Shown here: positions 38,097 to 48,281 of the stretch, piece after piece
Layout: every line of letters starts with the position of its first letter
How positions within the stretch are numbered: position 1 is the first letter of the stretch
Source: Dehalococcoidia bacterium
Lineage (GTDB): Bacteria > Chloroflexota > Dehalococcoidia > DSTF01 > JACRBR01
Direction of reading: 5' to 3'
Length of the DNA: 54,721 bases
NCBI GenBank assembly: GCA_041494685.1
Contig: JBGQBE010000017.1
Coordinates: 1 to 54,721 of the forward strand
Position numbers and translations under genes: made by a program
The notes under the pieces: generated by a model
Told to the model about the DNA's origin: nothing
Database searches by the model: none
The model's input: only the letters and a program-made list of their open reading frames with translations

Positions 38097-39158
38097 TCAG
38101 CCGCCGATGTACGACATCTCGACGCGCGGGATGCCGGCCGTAGCTTCTGAGCGAAGCTCTGAGTAACGGTCGGCGCGGACGCGCCAGACACCGGCGACCG
38201 CGGCGGCGATCTCTTCGTCGCCAGCGCCGCGGCGGAGCATCGCGCGCAGGTCCGTGCCGCTCGTGGCGAAGAGGCACGTGTAGAGGCTGCCGTCGGCCGA
38301 GAGACGGGCGCGGGTGCAGTCGCCGCAGAAGGGCTGGGTCACGGACGTGATCACGCCGACCTCGCCGCCGTCGTCGGCGTAGCGCCAGCGTTGCGCCACT
38401 TCCCCGCGATAGTTGGCGTCGACCGGCGCCAGCGGCATCTCGGCGCTGATCATGCGGACGATCTCGGCGCCGGAGACGACGTCGTCGAGGCGCCAGCCGT
38501 TGGTGTGGCCGACGTCCATGTACTCGATGAAGCGGACGATGTTGCCGGTGCCGCGGAAGTGCCGCGCCAGGTTGACGATCGTGTGGTCGTTGACGCCGCG
38601 CCGGACGACGGCGTTCACTTTCACAGGCCGCAGCCCCGCGGCCTCCGCCGCGGCGATGCCTTCGAGCACGCTGGCGACGGGAAAGTCGACGTCGTTCATC
38701 GCGCGGAAGACCGCGTCGTCGAGCGAGTCCAGGCTGACGGTGACGCGGCGCAGGCCGGCGGCGGCCAGCGCCTCCGCGTGCCGCGCGAGCAGCGATCCGT
38801 TCGTAGTGAGGGCGATGTCCACTCCCGGGATCGCGGCAAGCATGCGGATGAGATCCGGCAGGCCGGCACGGAGCAGCGGCTCGCCGCCCGTGAGGCGCAG
38901 CTTCGTGACGCCGTGCGCGGCGAAGATGCGCGCGAGGCGGCCGATCTCGTCGAAGCTAAGGACGTCGTCACGGCGCAGAAAGTCGTAGCTGTCGCCGTAG
39001 ACCTCGCGCGGCATGCAGTAGCGGCAGCGGAAGTTGCAGCGGTCCGTGACCGAGATGCGCAGGTCGCGCAGCGCCCGTTCGAAGCGATCGACGACGGGCA
39101 CGGCGGCGCTGCCGCCGGGCTCCGGCACGTCAGTCTGCTCCAGCGGTCGGATCGCCAC
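38097..39158 (-). CDS. moaA: GTP 3',8-cyclase
   Basis: [36 protein letters not shown]...TCLF and C-terminal MSYIGG. Confidence 0.96.
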   Translation of the reverse strand: MAIRPLEQTDVPEPGGSAAVPVVDRFERALRDLRISVTDRCNFRCRYCMPREVYGDSYDFLRRDDVLSFDEIGRLARIFAAHGVTKLRLTGGEPLLRAGLPDLIRMLAAIPGVDIALTTNGSLLARHAEALAAAGLRRVTVSLDSLDDAVFRAMNDVDFPVASVLEGIAAAEAAGLRPVKVNAVVRRGVNDHTIVNLARHFRGTGNIVRFIEYMDVGHTNGWRLDDVVSGAEIVRMISAEMPLAPVDANYRGEVAQRWRYADDGGEVGVITSVTQPFCGDCTRARLSADGSLYTCLFATSGTDLRAMLRRGAGDEEIAAAVAGVWRVRADRYSELRSEATAGIPRVEMSYIGG

Positions 39159-39771
39159 CGGCCATCTCCTTCAGTACCGCCGCCGCTCTATGAGCCGCCG
39201 CGCCGCGGTGGCTCATGCGATTCTTCTCGTCCCGCGCCATCTCGGCGCTGGTGATGCCGCGGTCCGCCACGACGAAGATCGGGTCGTAGCCGAAGCCGTG
39301 CGCGCCGCGCGGCTCGTGGCCGATGCGCCCCTCCCACACGCCCTCGACGATACGCACGTCGCCCGCCGGCGTGGCGATGGCGATGGCGCAACGGAAGCGC
39401 GCCGTGCGCTGCGCGTCGGGCACGCCGCGCATCTCGTCGAGGACGATCCGGACGCGCTGCTCGTCGCTGAGCGACGGATCCGTACGGTCTCCACCGGCAT
39501 ATCGGGCGGAAAAAATTCCTGGGCGCTTGCCCAGGTGATCGACTTCCAGCCCCGAATCGTCAGCGAGCGCGAGCAGCCCGGTGCTCCGCGCGGCCTCTAC
39601 GGCCTTGATTGTAGCATTCTCCTCGAACGTGGCCCCGGTCTCTTCGGGCTCGAACGGCACGCCCAGTTCGGACGGGGTAGTCAGCTCGAATCCGCAGCCG
39701 TCCAGCAGCTCGCGGAACTCCCGCAGCTTCCCGGGGTTGTTGGTGGCGACGACGAGCCTCGGTTTCGACAC
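39130..39771 (-). CDS. rdgB: XTP/dITP diphosphatase (HAM1 family)
   Basis: [24 protein letters not shown] and KNRMSHRG. Confidence 0.95.
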   Translation of the reverse strand: MSKPRLVVATNNPGKLREFRELLDGCGFELTTPSELGVPFEPEETGATFEENATIKAVEAARSTGLLALADDSGLEVDHLGKRPGIFSARYAGGDRTDPSLSDEQRVRIVLDEMRGVPDAQRTARFRCAIAIATPAGDVRIVEGVWEGRIGHEPRGAHGFGYDPIFVVADRGITSAEMARDEKNRMSHRGAAAHRAAAVLKEMAGGDPTAGAD

Positions 39772-39811
39772 CGGGGGATCGTAGCGGCAGCGCAGGACGA
39801 GGGACAGGGGC

Positions 39812-40291
39812 TCAGCCCGCGGCGGCGCGCGCGGCCGCGATGATGCGCCACGCCTCGGCGCGGTCGCCCCAGCCTTCGATTTCGACCTTCAGCCCCTGCA
39901 GCTCCTTGTAGTCCCGGAAGAACTGGGCGATCTCCAGCTGCCAGTGCGGCGAGATATCGGCGAAGTCCACGACATGCGCGAAGCGGGGATCGGCCAACGG
40001 CACGGCGATGATCTTGTCGTCACCGCCCTTGTCGTCACGCATACGGAGCACACCGATGGGGCGCGCGTCCATGTAGCAGCCCGGCAATGTCGGCTCCTCG
40101 ACGATCACCAGCACATCGAGGTGATCGCCGTCGGCGGCGAGCGTGCCGGGGATGTAGCCGTAGTCAGTGGGATAGTGCACCGACGAGTAGAGCGTGCGGT
40201 CGAGGCGTAGCACGCCGCGCTTCTCATTCCACTCGTACTTGTTGCGGCTGCCGCGCGGGATCTCGATGACGACTTCGACTGCGTCTTCCAT
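39812..40291 (-). CDS. ppa: Inorganic pyrophosphatase, family I
   Basis: EIPRGSRNKYE, YPTDYG, DGDHLD, DDKI and FFRDYKEL. Confidence 0.95.
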   Translation of the reverse strand: MEDAVEVVIEIPRGSRNKYEWNEKRGVLRLDRTLYSSVHYPTDYGYIPGTLAADGDHLDVLVIVEEPTLPGCYMDARPIGVLRMRDDKGGDDKIIAVPLADPRFAHVVDFADISPHWQLEIAQFFRDYKELQGLKVEIEGWGDRAEAWRIIAAARAAAG

Positions 40292-40331
40292 GCGGACATC
40301 GTAGCGCGCGGCGACCGCCCGGCGGCACCGG

Positions 40332-41000
40332 TCAGAGCGCCTGCTCCTCGGTTCCCTCCAGCGGGTAGGTGGCGAGGGAGCGGTAGATCGAGCCGCCGGA
40401 AGTCAGCGTGGACTGCATGAGGCTGATGCGGTCGACGCGGAACCAGGGGAACTCCGGCGCGTTGAAGCGCATGACCATGTCGTGCAGGTGCTCGCGCACC
40501 GCCGGCGGCGCATCGTCGCGCACGCGGGCGAGCGTCAGGTGCGCGTTGAAGCCGCGCTCGTCGCGCTCGAAGCCAAGCGGCTCCAGCGATTCCGCCACTC
40601 GGTCGGCCAGGTCCGCCAGCGCACCACCGTCGCCGCCGACGCCGAGCCACACGACGCGCATCTGGCCGCGTCCGCCGAACGAGCCGATGCCGAGCAGCGT
40701 CATGTCGATCGGCGCGCAGCCGCGCACGCCGGCGCGCAGGGCGGCGCCGACCGCGTCGAGGCGGTCCTCCTCGACCGCGCCCAGGAACTCCAGCGTGAGG
40801 TGGATGCCGTCGATGCGGGCCCAGCGGAGGGCGTCGGTGTTGGCGGCGTTGCGCAGCATCTCCATCGTCACGACGAGCGCGCGCCTGACCTCGGGCGGCA
40901 GCTCGACGGCGACGAAGAGGCGCAGCATCTTCGGGCCGGTGTCAGGCGCGGCCGCCGGCTGCTGCGCCTTCCGTCCGCCGCGGCCGAACAGGCGTGGCAT
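40332..41000 (-). CDS. thpR: RNA 2',3'-cyclic phosphodiesterase (2H family)
   Basis: RLFVAV and two HLTL motifs. Confidence 0.9.
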   Translation of the reverse strand: MPRLFGRGGRKAQQPAAAPDTGPKMLRLFVAVELPPEVRRALVVTMEMLRNAANTDALRWARIDGIHLTLEFLGAVEEDRLDAVGAALRAGVRGCAPIDMTLLGIGSFGGRGQMRVVWLGVGGDGGALADLADRVAESLEPLGFERDERGFNAHLTLARVRDDAPPAVREHLHDMVMRFNAPEFPWFRVDRISLMQSTLTSGGSIYRSLATYPLEGTEEQAL

Positions 41001-41887
41001 CAGAGGCCCAGCAGCGCGGCGGCGTTGCCGCCGGCGATCGCCGCGAACTCCGCGTCGCTCAGGCCGGCCTCGCGCGTGCGCGCCAGCGCCTTCGCCTGCG
41101 ACGTCAGCGGGTAGTCGCTGCCCCAGAGGATCTTCTCCGCACCAACCGCCTCGATGACCCGGCGATAGACCTCGCGGGCGTACAGCAGATGGCTGGCCGC
41201 CGTATCGAACCAGACGTTCTCCAGCGCCTCGCGCACCTCCGGCATGAGCGCGTAGAACGGCAGGCCGCCGCCCCAGTGCGCGGCGATGATGCTGACGCCC
41301 GAAGCGCTACGCGCGAACGTGTAGAGCGCCGAGACCGGCAGCCCCTCCTTGCCGGGGTAGGCGTGGCCCACGGGCTCGCTGACGTGAAAGAGCAGCGGCA
41401 GGTCGTATGCCGCCGCCGCCCAGGCGAGGACGTCCGCTTCGTCGCTGTTCGCCAGGTTGTAGCCGCTCTGCTCCGGCCGTAGCTCGCCGATACCGCGCGC
41501 CCCGGCGGACGCGAGCGCGCGGAGCTTCGTGCGGGCGTCGTTGCGCTGGAGCTGCGGCGCATCGTCGATCTCGGCGCGGCCGTGGCCCGCCGCGCCCGCG
41601 AGGTACACCGATACGAACGGGATCAGCCGGCCGCCCGATCGCGCTGCCGCTTCGAGGATGTAGGCGTTCGTCTCGTCGATCAGCGGCTCGCCACGCCAGG
41701 CGAAGTTGACGATGACGCTGCGGTCGACGCCGGCGGCGTCCATGGACGCCAGCACCTCCTCCGCGGTCGCCATCGCGGCGCTGGGGTCGGAGTAGATCTC
41801 GGCGAAGGCCGGCTCCGTCGCGAGCAGCGACGCGCGACGGTCGCGGACGGCGGGCGGGAAGACGTGAGTGTGGGCGTCGATGATCAT
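41000..41887 (-). CDS. Amidohydrolase family 2 protein
   Basis: IIDAHTH, GIGEL, AHWGGG and LWGSDYP; TGATG coupling to thpR. Confidence 0.9.
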   Translation of the reverse strand: MIIDAHTHVFPPAVRDRRASLLATEPAFAEIYSDPSAAMATAEEVLASMDAAGVDRSVIVNFAWRGEPLIDETNAYILEAAARSGGRLIPFVSVYLAGAAGHGRAEIDDAPQLQRNDARTKLRALASAGARGIGELRPEQSGYNLANSDEADVLAWAAAAYDLPLLFHVSEPVGHAYPGKEGLPVSALYTFARSASGVSIIAAHWGGGLPFYALMPEVREALENVWFDTAASHLLYAREVYRRVIEAVGAEKILWGSDYPLTSQAKALARTREAGLSDAEFAAIAGGNAAALLGL

Positions 41888-41895
41888 GCGCCGCC

Positions 41896-43131
41896 TTACG
41901 CGCGGACGGCGCGTTCCAGCGCGCGGCCGAAGCGCATCACGGCTTCCGGGATGTCGCGCTCGGCGACGTTGCTGTAGCAGAGACGCGCGCGGTCATGGCC
42001 GGTGCCGTCGTTGAAGAACGGCGCTCCGCCGACGTAGCCCACACCCTCCTCGTTGGCCGCCACGCGCAGCCGGTCCGGATCGATGTCCTCGTTCAACTGG
42101 AGCCAGAGGAAGAAGCCGCCCTTCGGCACGCCCCAGCGCGCGAAGCGGGAGCAGCGCTCGTCCAGCGCGGCCAGCATCGCGTCGCGCTTGCGGCGGTAGA
42201 TCGAGATCACCCGCTCCAGGTGCGCGTCGAAACCGCCGGACTCGCAAAACTCCGTGATAACGCGGCTGGACCACGGCGAGACGCCCATGTCGAAGCGCAT
42301 GCGGGTGACGGCGTCGATCAGCGGTTTCTCGCCCATGATCCAGCCGACGCGCAGGCCCGTCGCCAGCGTCTTGCTGAACGTGCCGAGCAGCACCGCGCCG
42401 GTGCCGCCCGTCAGGAAGTAGAACGACGGCGTGGGCTCGTGCTCGAAGCCGATGGCGCCGTAGGCGTCGTCCTGGATGATCAGGATGTCGTTGCGGCGGC
42501 AGATCTCGGCGACGGCCTTGCGGCGGTCGAGCGTCAGCGTGGCGCCGGCGGGGTTGTGGTAGTTGCTGATCGTGTAGAGGAGCTTCGGCCGCTTGCCCTG
42601 CGCCGTGACGCGCGCGACCACGTCCTCCAGCGCCGCCGGCACCAGGCCGTCGGCGTCGACGGGCACGCCTTCGATCTGCGGCATGCAGGAGATGATCGTG
42701 CGAAGGCTGCCGGGGAACGTCGGCCGCTCGACGATCACGACGTCGCCGGGGTCGAGGAACGTCTCGCAGAGGTTCTCCAGCCCGCCGGCGGAGCCGCAGG
42801 TGATGACGAAGTTGCCGGCGTTGACGCCGAGGCCTTCGTTAGCGTTGATCCGGTTCGCCAGCCACTCAGAGAGGCCGGGGTAGCCCTGCGGGCCGCCGTA
42901 CATCAGCGCGAACTTGCCCTCACGCCGCAGCACGCGCTCGTTCGCGGCGATGAACTCCTCGATGGGCAGCGAGTCCGGATCCGGGACGCCGCCGGTGAGC
43001 TCGATGGGCGTGACGGCGGGCCTGGGCAACTGACCGGTCGCCCACGGCGACCACGCGGCGGCCGCGCTCCGCAGCGAGAGCGCCTGCTCCCAGTTGTATG
43101 CGGCGCCATCGGAGATGAGATCGAGAGCCAT
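41896..43131 (-). CDS. PLP-dependent class I/II aminotransferase (LysN/MocR-like)
   Basis: YHNPAG, QDDAYG, GTFSKTLATGLRVGW and GGFFLW. Confidence 0.92.
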   Translation of the reverse strand: MALDLISDGAAYNWEQALSLRSAAAAWSPWATGQLPRPAVTPIELTGGVPDPDSLPIEEFIAANERVLRREGKFALMYGGPQGYPGLSEWLANRINANEGLGVNAGNFVITCGSAGGLENLCETFLDPGDVVIVERPTFPGSLRTIISCMPQIEGVPVDADGLVPAALEDVVARVTAQGKRPKLLYTISNYHNPAGATLTLDRRKAVAEICRRNDILIIQDDAYGAIGFEHEPTPSFYFLTGGTGAVLLGTFSKTLATGLRVGWIMGEKPLIDAVTRMRFDMGVSPWSSRVITEFCESGGFDAHLERVISIYRRKRDAMLAALDERCSRFARWGVPKGGFFLWLQLNEDIDPDRLRVAANEEGVGYVGGAPFFNDGTGHDRARLCYSNVAERDIPEAVMRFGRALERAVRA

Positions 43132-43384
43132 GAACCATTCTAGCGCGCGTGCGGCTCGCGGGGGCGGTAACTGAATCTAGCCGCGCCCGGGTGCCGCCGG
43201 CTCTGGCGGATCCTGTGCAGTCGAAGACGGCGGCGACGTGTCGCCTCCGTCAGTTTGTTTCAATTCGTCGATCTTTAGGTTCGCCACGTTCACGCGAGAC
43301 CGAAGGTCTCCGTCGTCGGTCGTGGAGAAGCGATCGACGAGCGCCGCATACCTTGCACGCGCTCCATGAGGTGATCCCACGCAC

Positions 43385-43463
43385 TTGACAGCGCACCGCG
43401 ACCCCATCTATGTTCGTAGAACATATGATCTCGCCTGCTGCGAAATCGGAGGTTGCTGCGATG
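43385..43463 (+). promoter_or_regulatory. Promoter with LexA-like box, SD and ATG
   Basis: TTGACA (43385)-N18-TATGTT (43409), AGAAC-ATAT-GATCT (43418-31), GGAGGT (43448) and ATG (43461). Confidence 0.55.
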
Positions 43464-43723
43464 CCCCCGGCCAAGCCCAACTCTGCTGTCGGCGGCGCGA
43501 TGACGCGTGCGCTTCCTCCGCTCCCAATCGGCTCCTCTGCGTCCTCTGCGTCTGTCCGCGTATCCCGTCGAGAAACGTCGAAATTACAAAACAGGTACAT
43601 CCCCAGATTCGATTTGCACAACATAACGAAAAAAGGGGTACCGAAATGTTCCTTCCCGGGAAGGGGCGCCGCTCCGGAGGTCTCCCCTCCCGCCCCGCCT
43701 TCGGCGCGCGGGCACGGGGCCGG

Positions 43724-44473
43724 TTACGTCCTGCGCTTGGCGACGCGCTCCGCGGCGGCGCGGAAGCGGGCGTGGTGCTCCGGCGTGGTGCGCAGACGGT
43801 GGTTCCACTCGCCCTCGGCGGCCGCGGCGTCCGCGGAGCCGGTCGCGAGATCCACGACGGCTTTCGTGGCGATCAGCGCCGGCTGCGAGTTCGCCGCGAT
43901 GTCGCGCGCCATCTCCATAGCGGCGGCGTGGAGTTCCGCGATGGGGTAGACGTGATTCACGAGGCCGATGCGCAGCGCCTCGTCCGCGCGCACGACCTTC
44001 GACGTGAACATCAGCTCCTTCGCGCGCGGCGCGCCGACGATCCGCGGCAGCTGCGAGCCGCCGACGACCAGGCCGTACGCCGCGCCGGGGAAGCGGAAGG
44101 CGGCGGTGTCCGACGCCAGCCGGATATCGCAGAGGATCGCGACCATCGCGCCACCGCCGTAGCAAAGGCCGTTGATCGCGGCGATCAGCGGCTTGCTGAA
44201 CGTCACGCACGCGGCGTACACCTGCGCCATCCCCTCGGTGCGGCCCTTCCCCTCGATCGCCTCGACTGCCTCGTTCATGTCCGCGCCGGCGCTGAACGCG
44301 GCGCCGCTGCCCGTCAGGACCGCGACGCTGATCTCGGGGTCGGCGTCGAGTTCACCCAGCGCGGCGGCCACCGCGGTGTCCAGCTCGCGATTGAAGGCGT
44401 TGTGCTTGTCCGGGCGGAGCATGCGGACCACGCCCACGCCGCCGTCACGCTCGATGCCGCAGATCTCGCTCAT
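43724..44473 (-). CDS. Enoyl-CoA hydratase/isomerase family protein
   Basis: RPDKHNA, FSAGADM, KPLIAAINGLCYGGG and ADEALRIGLVN; start reset to 44473. Confidence 0.92.
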   Translation of the reverse strand: MSEICGIERDGGVGVVRMLRPDKHNAFNRELDTAVAAALGELDADPEISVAVLTGSGAAFSAGADMNEAVEAIEGKGRTEGMAQVYAACVTFSKPLIAAINGLCYGGGAMVAILCDIRLASDTAAFRFPGAAYGLVVGGSQLPRIVGAPRAKELMFTSKVVRADEALRIGLVNHVYPIAELHAAAMEMARDIAANSQPALIATKAVVDLATGSADAAAAEGEWNHRLRTTPEHHARFRAAAERVAKRRT

Positions 44474-44606
44474 GCCGAAAGTGTACGGGAGCGGGCAGCG
44501 GTGCGGGAGGCGGGGCGCCACCGGATATTGACTTCAGATCGGACGGGCGTATGCTGGTCGTCACACGCCCGCGCGGAACCGCTCCGCCAGCAGCCAGGAG
44601 GACGCC

Positions 44607-44948
44607 ATGGCCCACTACGTCGTGCTGTACAAGTTCACCACCGAAGGCGCCAAGACCATCCGCGACTCCGTGAAGCGGGCGGGGCGCATCCGGCAGGAGA
44701 ACGCGCGCGTCGGCTTCAAGATCCTGGACGTCTACTGGACGCAGGGCCCGTACGACATGGTGGCGATCGTCGATGCGCCCTCGGAAGAGGCGATGATGGG
44801 GGCGATGCTGAACGTCGTGGGCGCGGGGAACGTGACCAGCACGACGATGCGCGCCTTCGACGCGACGGAGATGTCGCGCGTCCTGGCGCTGACGCCCCAC
44901 CTGAGCGAGGAGCCGGCCCCGGCGAAGAAGGCCGCGAAGAAAAAGTAG
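44607..44948 (+). CDS. GYD domain protein with Lys/Ala-rich tail
   Basis: YWTQGPYDMVAIVDAP and GNVTSTTMRAF; AGGAGG SD; TTGACT-N16-TATGCT upstream. Confidence 0.85.
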   Translation: MAHYVVLYKFTTEGAKTIRDSVKRAGRIRQENARVGFKILDVYWTQGPYDMVAIVDAPSEEAMMGAMLNVVGAGNVTSTTMRAFDATEMSRVLALTPHLSEEPAPAKKAAKKK

Positions 44949-45088
44949 CGCCATCCGCCTACGGGTTGGCCCGCGGACGTATCCGGCGCGTCCCCCGTTG
45001 CCCGGATCGCACGATCGTGCGACCCTGCGTCGTAGCGTCGGCGCGCCCGCGCGCGGCCGCATCCCGCAACGAAAGGCTGCACACGTTC

Positions 45089-46534
45089 ATGACCTACCCT
45101 GCCCGCCCCGCCACCTCGATCAAGTTCGGCACCGACGGCTGGCGCGCCGTGATCGCCGAGGACTACACCTTTGACAACGTGCGCGCCTGCGCCGCCAGCG
45201 TGGCGCTGTACCTGAAGCAACACGGACTCGCCGAGCGCGGGCTGATCGTCGGCTACGACGCGCGCTACGCGTCGGAGGACTTCGCCGACGCGGTGGCGGA
45301 GGTCGTGGCGGCGCAGGGCATCAAGGTGTACGTGACGGACACGCTGGTGCCGACGCCCGTCGTCAGCTTCTCGATCATCGACCGCAAGGCAGGCGGCGGC
45401 GTGGTGATCACGGCCAGCCACAACCCGTGGCGCTGGAACGGCTTCAAGTTCAAACCCGACTACGGCGGCAGCGCGTCGCCGGAGATCGTCGCCCAGATCG
45501 AGGCGCCGCTGCCGGACCTGGTGGACCGCGTGCTGCCGCGGACGGAGATCGGCGAGGCGAAGCGCGCCGGCATGGTGCAGACCTTCGACGCGCGCACGCC
45601 GTACATCGCGCACCTGGGCCGGCTGATCGATCTCGAGCGGCTGAAGGCGGCGGGGCTGCGCGTCGCGTACGACGCCATGTACGGCACGGGGGCCGGCTAC
45701 TTCACGACGCTGCTGGAAGGCGGCAAGACAACGGTGACGGAACTGCACGGCTTCCGCAATCCCGTCTTCCCGGACATGCACGCTCCGGAGCCGATCGCCC
45801 GCAACCTTCACGAGCTGTCGGCCCAACTGGCCAAGGGCGGCTTCGACGTCGGCATCGCGACCGACGGCGACGCGGACCGCGTCGGCATCGCGGACGAGAA
45901 GGGAAACTTCATCAACCAGCTGCAGGTGTTCGGCCTGCTGACGTACTACCTGCTGGAGGTGCGCGGCGAACGCGGCGCGATCGTGAAGTCGGTGACGACG
46001 ACGCGGATGGTGCAGCGGCTCGGCGAGCTGTACGGCGTGCCGGTGTACGAGACACAGGTCGGCTTCAAGTTCCTGGGCCCGAAGATGATGGAGACCGACG
46101 CGCTGATCGGCGGCGAGGAGAGCGGCGGCTACGGCTTCCGCGGCCACGTGCCGGAGCGCGACGGCGTGCTCGCTGGCCTGTACATGCTCGACTTCATGGC
46201 GCGCACCGGCAAACGGCCAAGCGAACTGCTGGCGGAGCTCTACGCGAAGGTCGGCCCGCACTACTACGACCGCGTGGACGTGGCGCTGCGCGAGGAAGAC
46301 CGCGCGGCGATCCTGGAGCGCGCGCAATCGGCGAACCCGGCGACGGTCGCGGGGCTGAAGGTGACGGCGCGCGACACCACGGACGGCTTCCGCTTCACGC
46401 TGGAGGACAAGGGGTGGCTGCTGTTCCGCTTCAGCGGGACGGAGCCGCTGCTGCGCATCTACACGGAGGTTGTGGGCGACGAGTCGCTGGTGCAGCGCGT
46501 ACTGGCCGCCGGCCGCGAGCTGCTGGGCGTGTAG
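45089..46534 (+). CDS. Phosphoglucomutase/phosphomannomutase family protein
   Basis: FGTDGWR, TASHNP, DGDADR, GEESGG and RFSGTEP; start reset to 45089. Confidence 0.95.
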   Translation: MTYPARPATSIKFGTDGWRAVIAEDYTFDNVRACAASVALYLKQHGLAERGLIVGYDARYASEDFADAVAEVVAAQGIKVYVTDTLVPTPVVSFSIIDRKAGGGVVITASHNPWRWNGFKFKPDYGGSASPEIVAQIEAPLPDLVDRVLPRTEIGEAKRAGMVQTFDARTPYIAHLGRLIDLERLKAAGLRVAYDAMYGTGAGYFTTLLEGGKTTVTELHGFRNPVFPDMHAPEPIARNLHELSAQLAKGGFDVGIATDGDADRVGIADEKGNFINQLQVFGLLTYYLLEVRGERGAIVKSVTTTRMVQRLGELYGVPVYETQVGFKFLGPKMMETDALIGGEESGGYGFRGHVPERDGVLAGLYMLDFMARTGKRPSELLAELYAKVGPHYYDRVDVALREEDRAAILERAQSANPATVAGLKVTARDTTDGFRFTLEDKGWLLFRFSGTEPLLRIYTEVVGDESLVQRVLAAGRELLGV

Positions 46535-46537
46535 CGA

Positions 46538-47374
46538 TCAGCGCGTGCGCGCCGGCTCCGGCGGCGCTGCGGCCTCGGCGGCTTGCGGCGCGGCGGCGGG
46601 CTTGCGCGACGGCAGCGGCAGGCGGATGCGCGGGCGGCGCGTACGCGGCTCGTCGCGCAGGCCGGCGTCGGTCGCGAGCACGCGCTCGGCGCTGACGGTA
46701 CGGATGTGCAGGATGCCCTGGTCGATCCGCCACGCCAGCGCGAGGTACAGCCCGCCGAGGAGCATCGAGCCATACACGTCGCTGGGCCAGTGCGCGCCGG
46801 TGTACATGCGCGCCGGGCCACCCAGCGCGATAAGCGCGAGACAGACAAGGCGGACGAGCCACGCCAGCGGCCAGAAGCGCAGCACGCGGCCGGCGTAGGC
46901 GAAGATCAGCCCGTACACGACGACCTCGCCGAAGACGTGGCCGCTGGGGAAGCCGTTGGGGCCGGGCCACTGGCGCAGGTGCCAGTCGGAGTAGACGTAC
47001 CAGGGCGGGCTGTCCGCCGGAAACGGCCGCTCGACGACCTGGCGCACGCCGAGCTGCACGTAGTGCAGGGCGCCCGCGCCGGCCATGATCAGCGCTTCGA
47101 AGCGCAGGCCGCGCACAAGCAGCACCAGGAACGACGAGATCAGCACGGCGGCGATGAAGTCGTAGCCGCCGAAACGGTTGACCGCACCGAACAGCGGCTC
47201 CGCCCAGTTGAAGCGGTCGAGCTCTTGCACCCGGAGCGTCATGCTGAGGTCGCCGGGCAGGAAGTAGCGGTGGTCGCTCCAGACGGCGAGCGCCAGGAAG
47301 CCGCCGAGCGCCGTGAACCAGGCGGCCCAGAAGGCGAAGGCGGCGCGTCGGGACCAGAATCGGCGCAGTAGCAC
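46538..47374 (-). CDS. PAP2 family membrane phosphatase
   Basis: RQVVERP, FPSGH and ARMYTGAHWPSDV. GTG start at 47374 inferred from GATACT-N6; alternative ATG at 47449. Confidence 0.88.
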   Translation of the reverse strand: MLLRRFWSRRAAFAFWAAWFTALGGFLALAVWSDHRYFLPGDLSMTLRVQELDRFNWAEPLFGAVNRFGGYDFIAAVLISSFLVLLVRGLRFEALIMAGAGALHYVQLGVRQVVERPFPADSPPWYVYSDWHLRQWPGPNGFPSGHVFGEVVVYGLIFAYAGRVLRFWPLAWLVRLVCLALIALGGPARMYTGAHWPSDVYGSMLLGGLYLALAWRIDQGILHIRTVSAERVLATDAGLRDEPRTRRPRIRLPLPSRKPAAAPQAAEAAAPPEPARTR

Positions 47375-47447
47375 CTCGTGAGTATCGAGTTGCCAGCGGG
47401 CGTACGCAAACGGATCCCGCCGGGGTGTCAAGTCGGCGAGTGTTATC

Positions 47448-48245
47448 ATGAAGCATTCAGAGCCACGCCGGAGAGACATCATCGAAGAGCACAGACTCCG
47501 TGAACTGCTGGCGTCAGTCGCCGAGGGCCGCACCGATATTGATGCGGCCTTAGGGGAACTCCGTCATCTTCCCTACGAAGATATCGGCTTCGCGAAGGTC
47601 GATCACCACCGTTCCCTCCGAGATTGGGTACCCGAAGTGATCCTGGGGCAGGGCAAGACGCCCGACCAGGTCGTCGGTATCGCCACGACGCTGATGGAGC
47701 ATACCGACCGGCTGCTGATCACCCGCGCCGAACCTGAGGCCGCCCGCGCCGTGCTGGCCGCCATCCCGGACGCGAAGCACCACAAGCTGGCCCGCTGCAT
47801 CACGGTGGAGCGCACGAACGTGCCCAAACAGGACGGCATCGTCGTGATGTGCGCCGGCACGGCCGACCTGCCGGTGGCCGAGGAGGCCGCCATCACGGCC
47901 GAGATCATCGGCAACGACGTGAAGCGGATGTACGACGTGGGGGTGGCCGGGCTGCACCGCCTGCTCGACCAGCTGCCGGCGATGCGCGAGGCGCGCGCGC
48001 TGGTGGTGGTGGCGGGCATGGAGGGCGCGCTGCCGAGCGTGGTCTCGGGCCTGGTAGCGGCGCCGGTGATCGCCGTGCCGACGTCGGTGGGCTACGGCGC
48101 GAGCTTCGGCGGCCTGGCGCCGCTGCTCTCGATGCTGAACTCGTGCGCGGCGGGCGTGGCGGTGGTGAACATCGACAACGGCTTCGGCGCGGGCTACATG
48201 GCCGCGAGCATCAACCGCATCGCGCTGAGCCAGCGCGCGGACTGA
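47448..48245 (+). CDS. larB: Nickel pincer cofactor biosynthesis protein LarB
   Basis: FAKVDHHR, AGTADLPVAEEA, DVGVAGLHRL, AGMEGALPS, PTSVGYG and VNIDNGFGA; start uncertain. Confidence 0.94.
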   Translation: MKHSEPRRRDIIEEHRLRELLASVAEGRTDIDAALGELRHLPYEDIGFAKVDHHRSLRDWVPEVILGQGKTPDQVVGIATTLMEHTDRLLITRAEPEAARAVLAAIPDAKHHKLARCITVERTNVPKQDGIVVMCAGTADLPVAEEAAITAEIIGNDVKRMYDVGVAGLHRLLDQLPAMREARALVVVAGMEGALPSVVSGLVAAPVIAVPTSVGYGASFGGLAPLLSMLNSCAAGVAVVNIDNGFGAGYMAASINRIALSQRAD

Positions 48246-48281
48246 TACGGCGCACCGCATCGCATCAGCGGAGAGGATCAC

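Noticed and set aside
43177..43407. 76-aa minus-strand ORF as a real gene
   Set aside because: No SD or -10 box, atypical codons and no recognisable motif; it could be a remnant but is unsupported.
43385..46534. 1049-aa ORF as a novel fusion to phosphoglucomutase
   Set aside because: The first 568 codons overlap two real genes and carry no motifs; the PGM/PMM starts at 45089.
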